This document shows positions 10,328 to 19,039 of a stretch of 64,000 nt of DNA, one piece after another (positions within the stretch are counted from its first letter, which is position 1; each line of letters opens with the position of its first letter). Location: assembly GCA_039208735.1 (NCBI GenBank), contig JBCCQY010000004.1:1-64000 (forward strand), read 5' to 3'. The position numbers and the translations under genes are program-made. A model generated the notes under the pieces. That model was not told where the DNA came from. It saw only the letters and a list, made by a program, of their open reading frames with translations, and made no database searches. This stretch comes from Myxococcota bacterium (GTDB taxonomy: Bacteria > Myxococcota_A > UBA796 > GCA-2862545).

Positions 10328-11768
10328 GTTCGTACAAATTGATGTAGCGGTTGCCCAAAATCGAGATGCGACCCAGCAGCGACAGCTGGTCTTCGCCGAC
10401 GTGGCGTGCGCCGACTTCGGTGAGCAGGGGCCGGCCCCGGTGCGCCGAGAGGTTGAGCATCCAGCGGGCGAGGTAGAACGGTCCGGCGAGTTCCCAACCG
10501 TCCGCGGGTCGCTTGCTTACCGGGTCGACCCGAGCGACCCCCGGAGCGACGCCAGCGGACAGCCGGTAGCCCGCACGCTGGGTGGCTGCCTTCAGGGCCT
10601 GGGTGGTCCGCACTGCCCCCACCAGTGTCTCACGCAGATCTCCGCCGGCCCAGCAAACGAGCATGGACCCATCGGCGTGTTCCCACACCTCTCCGCCCGC
10701 GGAGGAGATGAGCCCCGACCACTCCTGCGTCAACGCCGCGAGGGTCACGCGAGGGTTGGCCAGGGAGCGCGGAGGGGGGGAGGCCTCACAGGCCACGACG
10801 ACCACCGACTGGGGCTCGAGAGGGCCCTTGGCCCGTTCCTTTTGGTCGGCGGACTCGACGACCCCCCGAATGTACGAGGCCAGGTCGTTGTTGGTGGCGC
10901 GGAGACCCTCACGCACGACCAGGGCACCGAGTTCCTCGAGCATCACCTGGGCGCTTGGGTAGCGATTTGCCGCCTTTGCTTCGAGGGATTTGCGCAACAG
11001 TTGCTCGAGTCCGACCGACAGTTCGGGTCGGAACCCTCGCGGAGAGGGCACTTCAGCCCGGCGTACTCGAGCGATCGTCTCGTCGCGTGTCTTCGCCTTG
11101 AAGAGGCGTCGACCGGTGAGCAGCTCGTAGAGCACGATGCCAAGGGAGAAGATGTCGGATCGACCGTCGAGCGCCTTGCCTTCGACCTGCTCGGGGCTCA
11201 TGTAGGCGTACTTGCCCCGAATCACGTCATGCAAGGACTTGGCTTGGAAAGCCGCACGGCTGATGCCGAAGTCCGTGATCTTCACTTCGCCCGAGTAGCT
11301 AACGAGGATGTTCTGGGGGCTGATGTCGCAATGCACCACGTTGAGCGGCTTGCCGGTCTCGTCGCGCCGCTCATGGGCGAACGCGAGTCCCTTGAGGACT
11401 TCTGCGGTGATGAACAGGGCCAGGGGGACGGGGAAGGGGCCTTGGTCCTTCGCTCGGGCCACGAGCCTTGCGAGGTCGAGTCCATGGACGTACTCGAGGG
11501 CCATGTAGTACTGGCCGTTGACCTCGTTGACATCGAAGATCTGCACGACGTTGGCGTGGCGCACCGCCTCGGCAATCTTGGCTTCGTCGATGAACAGCCG
11601 AATGAATTCGTCATCGCTTGCGAGCGACGGTAGGATCCGCTTGATGACCAGGATCTTCTGGAAGCCGGCAAGGCCCGACGCCCGTGCCCGGTACACCTCG
11701 GCCATCCCGCCCGTCGCAATCTTTTCGAGCAGCTGATAGTCGCCGAGCTGCTGATGGGCTTGTGTCAA
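10320..11768 (-). CDS. Hanks-type Ser/Thr protein kinase with a degenerate class III cyclase-like C-terminal domain
   Basis: GGMAEVY, LVIK, HCDISPQN, DFG, YMSPEQ; C-terminal pattern resembles a nucleotide cyclase fold. Confidence 0.9.
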   Translation of the reverse strand: MTQAHQQLGDYQLLEKIATGGMAEVYRARASGLAGFQKILVIKRILPSLASDDEFIRLFIDEAKIAEAVRHANVVQIFDVNEVNGQYYMALEYVHGLDLARLVARAKDQGPFPVPLALFITAEVLKGLAFAHERRDETGKPLNVVHCDISPQNILVSYSGEVKITDFGISRAAFQAKSLHDVIRGKYAYMSPEQVEGKALDGRSDIFSLGIVLYELLTGRRLFKAKTRDETIARVRRAEVPSPRGFRPELSVGLEQLLRKSLEAKAANRYPSAQVMLEELGALVVREGLRATNNDLASYIRGVVESADQKERAKGPLEPQSVVVVACEASPPPRSLANPRVTLAALTQEWSGLISSAGGEVWEHADGSMLVCWAGGDLRETLVGAVRTTQALKAATQRAGYRLSAGVAPGVARVDPVSKRPADGWELAGPFYLARWMLNLSAHRGRPLLTEVGARHVGEDQLSLLGRISILGNRYINLYELN

Positions 11769-11836
11769 ACGGGCTCCGACGACGGGCTGGTCCCCAAGCG
11801 GCCCCGGACGGGAGTAGACCCGAGGAGGAGGACGGT

Positions 11837-12625
11837 TTGAACGCCTTTCGACAACTGGTCTCTATCGTGTTGCGGCTCCGAGGCGAACAGGGCTGTCCGT
11901 GGGACCGGGCCCAAACCCCGGCGTCGATGCGGCCCTTCGTGCTTGAAGAAGCGTATGAGGTGGTGGATGCGATCGACCGGGGCGATGATGCCGAGCTGAA
12001 GAAGGAACTCGGGGACGTCCTGTTTCAAATCGTGTTGTTGGCGAGGATGGCCGAAGAGCGCGGCGTGTTTACCATCGAAGACGTGGTTGCGGGCATCAAC
12101 GACAAGATGATCGTCCGGCATCCGCACGTCTTTGGCGATGCGGCGGCGGATCCCTCCGCTTCGGCGGCCGAAGTGGGACTGAAGGCGTGGGAAGCGCGAA
12201 AGGCCAAGGAACGGCAGCATCGGGGGTCCGCCCTCGACGGTCTCCCTCTGGCGCTCCCTGCGCTGCTGCGGGCCCATCGGGTGTCCGACAAGGCAGCGGT
12301 GGTCGGTTTTGACTGGCCCGATCGCGATTCGGTGCGAGAGAAGGTCCGAGAGGAACTGGCCGAACTCGACGAGGCGATCGCACAGGACGACGCCGAGGCC
12401 ATCGGCGAGGAGTTCGGCGATTTGTTGTTCTCACTCGTGAACCTCGGTCGACACCTTCCGGTGGGAGCCGAGTCTGCATTGCGCAAGGCAACCTCAAAAT
12501 TCGAACGCCGCTTTCGGGCCATCGAAGCTTCGTTCCAGGCCGAAGGACGCACCGTCCATGAGGCCTCGATGGACGAACTCGAAGCCCGCTGGGCGGAGGT
12601 CAAGTCTAAGGGAGAGGCCCCGTGA
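11837..12625 (+). CDS. mazG: Nucleoside triphosphate pyrophosphohydrolase MazG
   Basis: GCPWDRAQT, EEAYE, EELGDVLFQ, RHPHVFG, GFDW, EEFGDLLF; GGAGGAG RBS before TTG. Confidence 0.95.
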   Translation: MNAFRQLVSIVLRLRGEQGCPWDRAQTPASMRPFVLEEAYEVVDAIDRGDDAELKKELGDVLFQIVLLARMAEERGVFTIEDVVAGINDKMIVRHPHVFGDAAADPSASAAEVGLKAWEARKAKERQHRGSALDGLPLALPALLRAHRVSDKAAVVGFDWPDRDSVREKVREELAELDEAIAQDDAEAIGEEFGDLLFSLVNLGRHLPVGAESALRKATSKFERRFRAIEASFQAEGRTVHEASMDELEARWAEVKSKGEAP

Positions 12626-13128
12626 TCCTGCTGCTGCTCCTATTCACCGTCGTTCCTGCCATTGAGTTGTACGCCCTGTTGCAGCTGGGGGCATGGCTCG
12701 GCGCGCTGCCCACCTTCCTCCTCGTCATCACCACCGGCGTGGTCGGCAGCTGGTTGGCCAAGCGCGAAGGCGTCAGCGTCCTCATGGAGCTGCAGTCCGA
12801 GTTGCAGCAGGGGCTGCCTCCCGGGGAGCGCGTCCTCGAAGGGGTGATGGTGTTTGTCGGCGGGTTGTTGCTCGTGACCCCCGGCGTGTTCACCGACCTC
12901 TTCGGTTTTCTTCTCATCACGGGTCCGACGCGGCGGTTGCTGGCCCCTCGCGTGCTTGCTTGGCTCACGGACCGCTTTGAGCTGCGGGTGCAGGACATTC
13001 ACATGGGCGGTCCGGCCTATGAGCGTGGTGAGCCCAACGTGCGCATTCGCCAGCCTCGCGGGGCAGCGATTCCTCGTCAGAACGAAGCTGAAACGCCATT
13101 TTCTAACAAATTCGACGACCTTCCCTGA
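12622..13128 (+). CDS. fxsA: FxsA family membrane protein
   Basis: PAIELY...GGLLLVTPGVFTD signature. Confidence 0.9.
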   Translation: MILLLLLFTVVPAIELYALLQLGAWLGALPTFLLVITTGVVGSWLAKREGVSVLMELQSELQQGLPPGERVLEGVMVFVGGLLLVTPGVFTDLFGFLLITGPTRRLLAPRVLAWLTDRFELRVQDIHMGGPAYERGEPNVRIRQPRGAAIPRQNEAETPFSNKFDDLP

Positions 13129-13136
13129 GGTCCATC

Positions 13137-13709
13137 ATGTCTGCTGAATCCGACAACCCGACCGAGGTGCCGTCGGCCGAAGCCCAGTCTGCGGACCGTC
13201 TTGCGGCCCTGGAGACGACGTTTCTGGCGGCACTTGCCCACAAAGAAGCCAACGACTTTGACAAGGCCGAGGAGAAACTCCGCGAAATCCTGCGCACCGA
13301 ACCTCGCCTTGCCGAGCCCCACCTCGAGTTGGCGCGTATTCTGCTCGATACCGATCGATTGCCTGACGCCGAGGACCACGCGAGGCAGGCCCTGGAGCTG
13401 TTGTCGCAACCCCACGGACAGTGGATCGACGATCTGCCCGAAAACGTGGTGCTTGCCTTAGCCCATGCCGTGCTCGCCGAGACGCTGCGACGCCGGGCCG
13501 ACGAAGATGACGTGCTGTTCGGAGACCCGGCCACATTCAAGGCGCTGGTGGCCGAGGCCAAGTCGCACTTTGACCAGGCGGCCGAACTCGACCCACAGGA
13601 CGAGTACAGCAGTTATTATGCGTTTTTCCTGGGTATCGAGGATGGGACCGGTCAACCGGCGCAACTCGAACTATCGCCTGCCAAACCCGACGGAGAACCC
13701 GAGTCTTGA
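13137..13709 (+). CDS. TPR-like protein
   Basis: Helical repeats (AEEKLREILRTEPRLAEPHLELA; FDQAAELDP). Confidence 0.7.
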   Translation: MSAESDNPTEVPSAEAQSADRLAALETTFLAALAHKEANDFDKAEEKLREILRTEPRLAEPHLELARILLDTDRLPDAEDHARQALELLSQPHGQWIDDLPENVVLALAHAVLAETLRRRADEDDVLFGDPATFKALVAEAKSHFDQAAELDPQDEYSSYYAFFLGIEDGTGQPAQLELSPAKPDGEPES

Positions 13710-14734
13710 CGAACCTGTACGCCCTCTCCCGCGAAGAGCTGGCTGGATTCATCCAAGACCTCGGACAGCCCGCGTACCGCGCCAAGCAGATTTGGCGATG
13801 GCTCTACGATGAGGGCGCGACCTCGTTCGATGCCATGACGGACCTGCCCAAAGGGCTGCGGGCGACGCTTGGCGTGGAGGCCCAGCTCGGCTCGCTGGTG
13901 CAAGTGACCGAGCAACAGAGCCGTGATGGCACGCGCAAACGGCTGTACCGACTCCAAGATGGCGGCCACATCGAGTCGGTGCTCATGCCCTACGCAGACG
14001 GTCGGCGGACGGCGTGCATCAGTACCCAGGCGGGCTGTGCGATGGGATGTACGTTCTGTGCCACCGGCCAAATGGGCTTTGGCCGGCACCTTACCGCCGC
14101 AGAGATTGTGGAGCAGGCCCTCCGCTTTGCTCGAGGCCTGCTGGCGGATGGACAACGCTTGTCCAACGTGGTGCTGATGGGCATGGGTGAGCCCTTTCAC
14201 AATTACGAGTCTTCGCTGGCCGCGATTCGCCGCCTCATGGGCGATCTGGGGATTGGCGCTCGACACATCACGGTGAGCACCGTTGGCTTGGTCCCGCAGA
14301 TCCGACGGTTTGCCCAGGAAGGCCTGCAGGTCCGTCTTGCGATCAGCCTCCATGCGGCGACCGACGAAGAACGGTCGGCGTTGTTGCCCGTCAACCGCCG
14401 CTACGCCCTCGCTGATCTGATGGCCGCATGCGCAGACTACGCTGCGGTGACGGGTCGCCGCATCACCTTCGAATGGGCGCTCATCGCTGGCGTCAACGAT
14501 GATGTTGCGACGGCAGACCGTCTGGGAAGGCTGATTCGAGGCCTTCCGGCGCATGTAAATCTCATCCCGCTCAATCCCACCAAAGGCTACGAAGGCGGAC
14601 CCACGGCCGCGCCCGCCGCCGACCGGTTTGTCGCCGCGTTGGCCGCCTATGACGTGCCGGCCACGGTCCGTGTCCGTCGAGGCATCGACATCGATGCGGG
14701 CTGCGGCCAACTGCATGATGCGGTGGTGGGGTGA
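13706..14734 (+). CDS. rlmN: 23S rRNA (A2503-C2) methyltransferase RlmN, radical SAM
   Basis: CAMGCTFC, MGMGEP, SLHA, NLIPLNP, IDAGCGQL. Confidence 0.96.
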   Translation: MTNLYALSREELAGFIQDLGQPAYRAKQIWRWLYDEGATSFDAMTDLPKGLRATLGVEAQLGSLVQVTEQQSRDGTRKRLYRLQDGGHIESVLMPYADGRRTACISTQAGCAMGCTFCATGQMGFGRHLTAAEIVEQALRFARGLLADGQRLSNVVLMGMGEPFHNYESSLAAIRRLMGDLGIGARHITVSTVGLVPQIRRFAQEGLQVRLAISLHAATDEERSALLPVNRRYALADLMAACADYAAVTGRRITFEWALIAGVNDDVATADRLGRLIRGLPAHVNLIPLNPTKGYEGGPTAAPAADRFVAALAAYDVPATVRVRRGIDIDAGCGQLHDAVVG

Positions 14735-15669
14735 GTCCGCGCTCCATCGCGCGGCACTCCGCCGATCCGGACCGGGCCGTACTCGAGACCGCGATGTGGC
14801 CCCTCGACGCAGCTCCCGAACGCTTGGATCGGGCGGCGATGTGCCTGTCCGCCTTCCCGACGCGGCAGAGCACCCGCAAGGCGGCCCGCCGGGGCGAGTT
14901 GGCCGTCGATGGCGAGGTGAGTGAGTCGAGTCGGTGGGTGGAACCTGGGCAGACCATCGCTTGGCTCGAGCCCGAGACCCCACGGCATCGCCCCTTGCCG
15001 ATCTCGATCGCGGTCGTCTACGAAGACGATGTCATGGCCGTGGTTCTGAAGCCGGCGGGGTTGGTCACGATGGGGCCTCGGGGCAAGACGCTCGAGCGTG
15101 CGTTGCCTCACAACCTGACGCCGTCCCGCGCAGCCGATGGGTTGGCGGCCCCGCGCCCCGTGCACCGGCTCGATGCGCCCACCTCGGGCCTGGTCGTGAT
15201 CGCTAAGACCCGAGCCGCGTTGGCCGCGTTGGGACATGACTTCGAACGACGGCGGATTCACAAGGGCTACCGAGCCCTTGTGGTGGGGGCGTTGGAGGGG
15301 GAGGGCGTGATCGATGAGCCCGTCGACGGTCGACAGGCTCGCACGCGCTATCGGGGGCTGGCCACTTCACCATGTGTGAAGTCGGGACATGTGAGCCGCC
15401 TCGACGCGTTTCCTGAGACAGGTCGTACCCACCAAATCCGCCGCCACCTCGCTTCGATCGGCCATCCGATTTTGGGCGACCGCTTGTATGGTCAGAAACC
15501 CCATATCCTAAGGGGAAACGGGCTCTTTCTCTTTGCGGTGTCGCTCGAGCTTGCCCATCCCACACAAGGGCACGCGTGCACCTTCGCGATGGACGAGCCC
15601 CCGAAGGTTGCGTCGTTTGTCGCTCGGGAACGACGACGTGTGGCGCGATTACGCGGAGACGCCACGTAG
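14731..15669 (+). CDS. RluA/RluD family pseudouridine synthase
   Basis: S4-like N-terminus, KPAG, HRLD, TGRTHQIR, HPILGD. Confidence 0.93.
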   Translation: MSPRSIARHSADPDRAVLETAMWPLDAAPERLDRAAMCLSAFPTRQSTRKAARRGELAVDGEVSESSRWVEPGQTIAWLEPETPRHRPLPISIAVVYEDDVMAVVLKPAGLVTMGPRGKTLERALPHNLTPSRAADGLAAPRPVHRLDAPTSGLVVIAKTRAALAALGHDFERRRIHKGYRALVVGALEGEGVIDEPVDGRQARTRYRGLATSPCVKSGHVSRLDAFPETGRTHQIRRHLASIGHPILGDRLYGQKPHILRGNGLFLFAVSLELAHPTQGHACTFAMDEPPKVASFVARERRRVARLRGDAT

Positions 15670-15727
15670 CATCAAGGAGTCTCGCCCTGTTGCCGATGCT
15701 CGCACAGATGCCAGTGCCGGAGGCAGG

Positions 15728-16969
15728 GTGGCCCCAAGAGCAATCGAGGACGAGGTTCGTGCCCAGTACGAACAGTACCCGTACCCGCTGCGGTCGCCGG
15801 GCGACGATGCCAAGTGGCTGGCCGACGATCTCTCGCCTCTGGAGGGGCTGCGCTTTGTCAGCCACTTCGGGTTTGCAGGACGTCTGCCAGACCGCCCGAT
15901 GCGCATCTTGGTGGCCGGAGGCGGCACGGGGGATGCCACGGTGCAATTCGCATCGCAACTCAGCGGCATGCCCCACGGCGGTGAGGTGGTGCATCTCGAC
16001 CTGTCGCAAGCCTCGATCGAGGTGGCTCAGCAGCGGGTCGCGCGCATTGAACAGGCCACCCCCATTCGGTGGCACCGGGGGTCGCTTCTCGAAGCCGACC
16101 CCAACGAACTCGGCACGTTCGACTACATCAACTGCTCGGGCGTGCTTCATCATCTCCCCGACCCGTGGGCGGGGGTTGAGGCGCTCAAGCGGGTGCTGGC
16201 GCCCCATGGCGTGATGGGCATCATGGTCTATGGGCCCTACGGACGGCATGGGCTCTACCCGACCCAGGAGCTGTTGCGGCGCCTCACGCAGGCCTACAGC
16301 ACCGAGGACCGCATCGCGATTGCCCGGCGCATCCTGCCCCAGCTGCCCAAGCGGCATCCTCTACAGAACAACGCCATTGTCGGGTACGTCGACAGTGTCC
16401 CCGACAGTGAACTTGTCGATCGCTTTCTTCATCCGTGCGACCGCGCGTTCTCGGTACCCGAAGCCGTGGCGTGGATGAAGGACGGGGGATTGCGCATCGT
16501 TGACTTCGTGCCTTCCATTCGGTACGCCGCTGCGCTGCTTGTGGCCGACCCCTGGGTGCTTCGCGAGCTGTCGCGGATGTCGATGTTCGACCGCTATGCG
16601 GTGGCCGAACTGTGGTCGTTTCACCTTGATCGTCACTCGTTCTTTGCGGTGCGGAGTGACAACCCCACCACCCCATTGATGCCGAGTCCTAGCGTGGTGC
16701 CCAGCGTAGTCCATGCGACCGATCTGGCAGGCATGCTTTCGAAGGAGAAGGCCTTTCGATGTTCGGTGGCCAATGTGCAGTTTCGGGTCCCGCTTCCCCC
16801 AACGACGCTTCACCTGCGCATCCTCGAGGCCATCGATGGTCGGCGAAACTTGCAGACGCTGGCTTCCGACCTCGAAGTCAGCTGGGACCGCTTTTTCGAC
16901 GTCTTTCTAGATCTCTATACTCCGCTGCATCAAGCGGGCTTCATGGTGCTCTCGCCGTCCGAGGCGTGA
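15728..16969 (+). CDS. Class I SAM-dependent methyltransferase
   Basis: VRAQYEQYPYP, ILVAGGGTG, DYINCSGVLHHL; start uncertain. Confidence 0.85.
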   Translation: MAPRAIEDEVRAQYEQYPYPLRSPGDDAKWLADDLSPLEGLRFVSHFGFAGRLPDRPMRILVAGGGTGDATVQFASQLSGMPHGGEVVHLDLSQASIEVAQQRVARIEQATPIRWHRGSLLEADPNELGTFDYINCSGVLHHLPDPWAGVEALKRVLAPHGVMGIMVYGPYGRHGLYPTQELLRRLTQAYSTEDRIAIARRILPQLPKRHPLQNNAIVGYVDSVPDSELVDRFLHPCDRAFSVPEAVAWMKDGGLRIVDFVPSIRYAAALLVADPWVLRELSRMSMFDRYAVAELWSFHLDRHSFFAVRSDNPTTPLMPSPSVVPSVVHATDLAGMLSKEKAFRCSVANVQFRVPLPPTTLHLRILEAIDGRRNLQTLASDLEVSWDRFFDVFLDLYTPLHQAGFMVLSPSEA

Positions 16970-17129
16970 GGGTCAAAACCTGGTTCCGAGACCTTCAAAT
17001 GACTTCACGAGAGAATCGAAAGGTGGTCACGAGAGGGCCTAAAGGCGCCAAGTGGACCCCTCTCACGCGAACTACGGGCCAAAATCGGAACCGGAACGCT
17101 GGCAATCGAGGTATCGAGGAGGCCGGAAC

Positions 17130-18452
17130 ATGAATCTCTCGGAACGCGTGGCCGCGGAGCACAAAGCTCTCGTTGAGGGCCTCAATATGGTGTCCGAGCT
17201 CAGTGCCCAAAGCGTATTGGAAACTGGCGAACGGCTGACTCAGGTCACCGTCCACGTCATGGAACTACGCCGGGTCACCGATCAGGTGTTGCGCCACATC
17301 GATTCCGGTGTGCCACAACAGATCGTCGAGGTGATGCGCGAGGCGTCACAAACGCTCTCCCGTGTCGCGGGGACGCCGGATGACGGCACCGCGTGGACGC
17401 CCTTCCGTCAGTCGGTGGGGAGGCTCACCGGCGTCTTCGAACAGTCGTCGGGGCGCATCGAGTCCGAGGTCGATCGGGCTAAACTCGAGATCGAAGACCT
17501 CAATCGAGCGATTCGATCCCTGACCGACCAATTGATGATCCAGACCGGTCAAGCCGTCACGGCGTTGCAGTTTCAGGATCCCGCCATTCAACACCTGCGT
17601 CGCCTCGACAGCATCGTGCACGACCTTCGGTCCTCGATCGACAAGGATGCGGGTTCGATCCAGTGGGCGCACCGGGTCGGGGACCTGCATCATGAAGGGC
17701 CCTCGACCCCCGAGGCGTTGGCTTCGCGGGCGAAGTCGGTCTGGCAGGACACGCGGGCTCGGGTCCAGCGCTTCCAAGACAAGATGACAAAGGCGGTCAG
17801 CGAGCTTTCCACCGTTCAGCAGGAGATGGCCCATACGGTCGAAGATGACAATGTCATCATGGTGGCCGAGGATATGGGGCAACGCGCCTTTACGCCACGA
17901 AGCACGCTCGATGCGTTGCGCCAGGAGTGCACCGCACTTCACCTGGTGTTGTCGGGACTTGCGGGCGCCTTCACCACGACCATGCCGGTCGATTCCGATT
18001 GTTCAGACCCGTACATGATCCAAGAAGACGCCGATACCACCGTGGTGGTTGAGACGACCGCAGGGGAGGTCCGGCAGTGTACGGCATTGCTACCCCAAAG
18101 TGAGGCGATCAACGATGTCAATCGAGCCCTGACGGGGGTGTCTGACGCCATGGCTCAGCTCACGAACTACAATCGCGCGCTCAGCGAGGTTCGTGGTCGC
18201 CTTCGTGGATCCATTGCGGGGATGACGGCCACGTTGGGGTCTGTTCGACAGTTGGAGGCCGCCCCCTCCGAGGTGGCCCGACGGCTCGAGGCACCGCTTG
18301 GCGCGACCGTCCAAGCTGCAGAGCGCCTCTTCGAGGCCATTGCGGAGTCGTTTGGATTTGACCCTGACGAGGTCGAAGCCGACCCCAATTGGCGTCCAGA
18401 CAGTGCCGCGGAAGACGCTGCGAAGGACGACGATGGCCTCATCTTGCTTTAG
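17130..18452 (+). CDS. Soluble MCP-like/CheZ-like coiled-coil chemotaxis protein (paralog 1)
   Basis: All-helical, no TM segment, ALQFQDPAIQ, acidic C-terminus ending DDGLILL; GAGGAGG RBS. Confidence 0.6.
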   Translation: MNLSERVAAEHKALVEGLNMVSELSAQSVLETGERLTQVTVHVMELRRVTDQVLRHIDSGVPQQIVEVMREASQTLSRVAGTPDDGTAWTPFRQSVGRLTGVFEQSSGRIESEVDRAKLEIEDLNRAIRSLTDQLMIQTGQAVTALQFQDPAIQHLRRLDSIVHDLRSSIDKDAGSIQWAHRVGDLHHEGPSTPEALASRAKSVWQDTRARVQRFQDKMTKAVSELSTVQQEMAHTVEDDNVIMVAEDMGQRAFTPRSTLDALRQECTALHLVLSGLAGAFTTTMPVDSDCSDPYMIQEDADTTVVVETTAGEVRQCTALLPQSEAINDVNRALTGVSDAMAQLTNYNRALSEVRGRLRGSIAGMTATLGSVRQLEAAPSEVARRLEAPLGATVQAAERLFEAIAESFGFDPDEVEADPNWRPDSAAEDAAKDDDGLILL

Positions 18453-18487
18453 GTAGAACAAGGCAAAGCGGACGACGAACGCAACAC

Positions 18488-18518
18488 AAGAAAAGGGCCC
18501 CCGAGGGGGCCCTTTCTT
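18488..18518. terminator. Bidirectional intrinsic terminator
   Basis: AAAGGGCCCC-CGAG-GGGGCCCTTT hairpin with A/T flanks between convergent genes. Confidence 0.85.
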
Positions 18519-18550
18519 GGTTTCGAACGACACCCGAGCCAAGTGCCGCT

Positions 18551-18916
18551 TCAGCTCGCCAGCTTCTTGGCCGCCGCCACGAGCATCGGGGCCTTGAAGG
18601 GCTTCACAATCCAGCCCAACGCACCGGATGCCTTGGCTCGCTTCATGAGCGCAGGGTCGCCCTCGGTGGTCAGCATCACGATGGGCAGCCCGGGTCGGAC
18701 GGCGTCGGACGCCATGCGGTCGAGCATGTCGAGCCCATTGAGGTTTGGCATGTTCACGTCGCAGATGAGCATCTTGATCTCGTCATGCGTCTTCAGCATA
18801 TTGAGCCCTTCGAGACCGTCGTTTGCCTCCAACACCTGGAAGCCCTCAGGCATGAGCGCGAGCTTGACCTGCTGGCGCACCGTGGGCGAGTCGTCCACAA
18901 TTAGAACCGTCGACAT
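18551..18916 (-). CDS. cheY: Stand-alone CheY-like response regulator
   Basis: LIVDDS, CDVNMP, MLTTE, KPF. Confidence 0.9.
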   Translation of the reverse strand: MSTVLIVDDSPTVRQQVKLALMPEGFQVLEANDGLEGLNMLKTHDEIKMLICDVNMPNLNGLDMLDRMASDAVRPGLPIVMLTTEGDPALMKRAKASGALGWIVKPFKAPMLVAAAKKLAS

Positions 18917-19039
18917 GGGTCCTCCCGTCGATCACGTCATTCGTTTCGTGAATCGGCTCGAATTCACTGACGCTTCAGTCCTCGACATCCCAAGTTCAAG
19001 TCCAGGGGATTTGGCCGATAAATCGACTGGAGGGCCCGC

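Noticed and set aside
11837..13128. mazG-fxsA as a defence pair
   Set aside because: Canonical two-domain MazG and FxsA in an operon with rlmN and rluA; housekeeping context.
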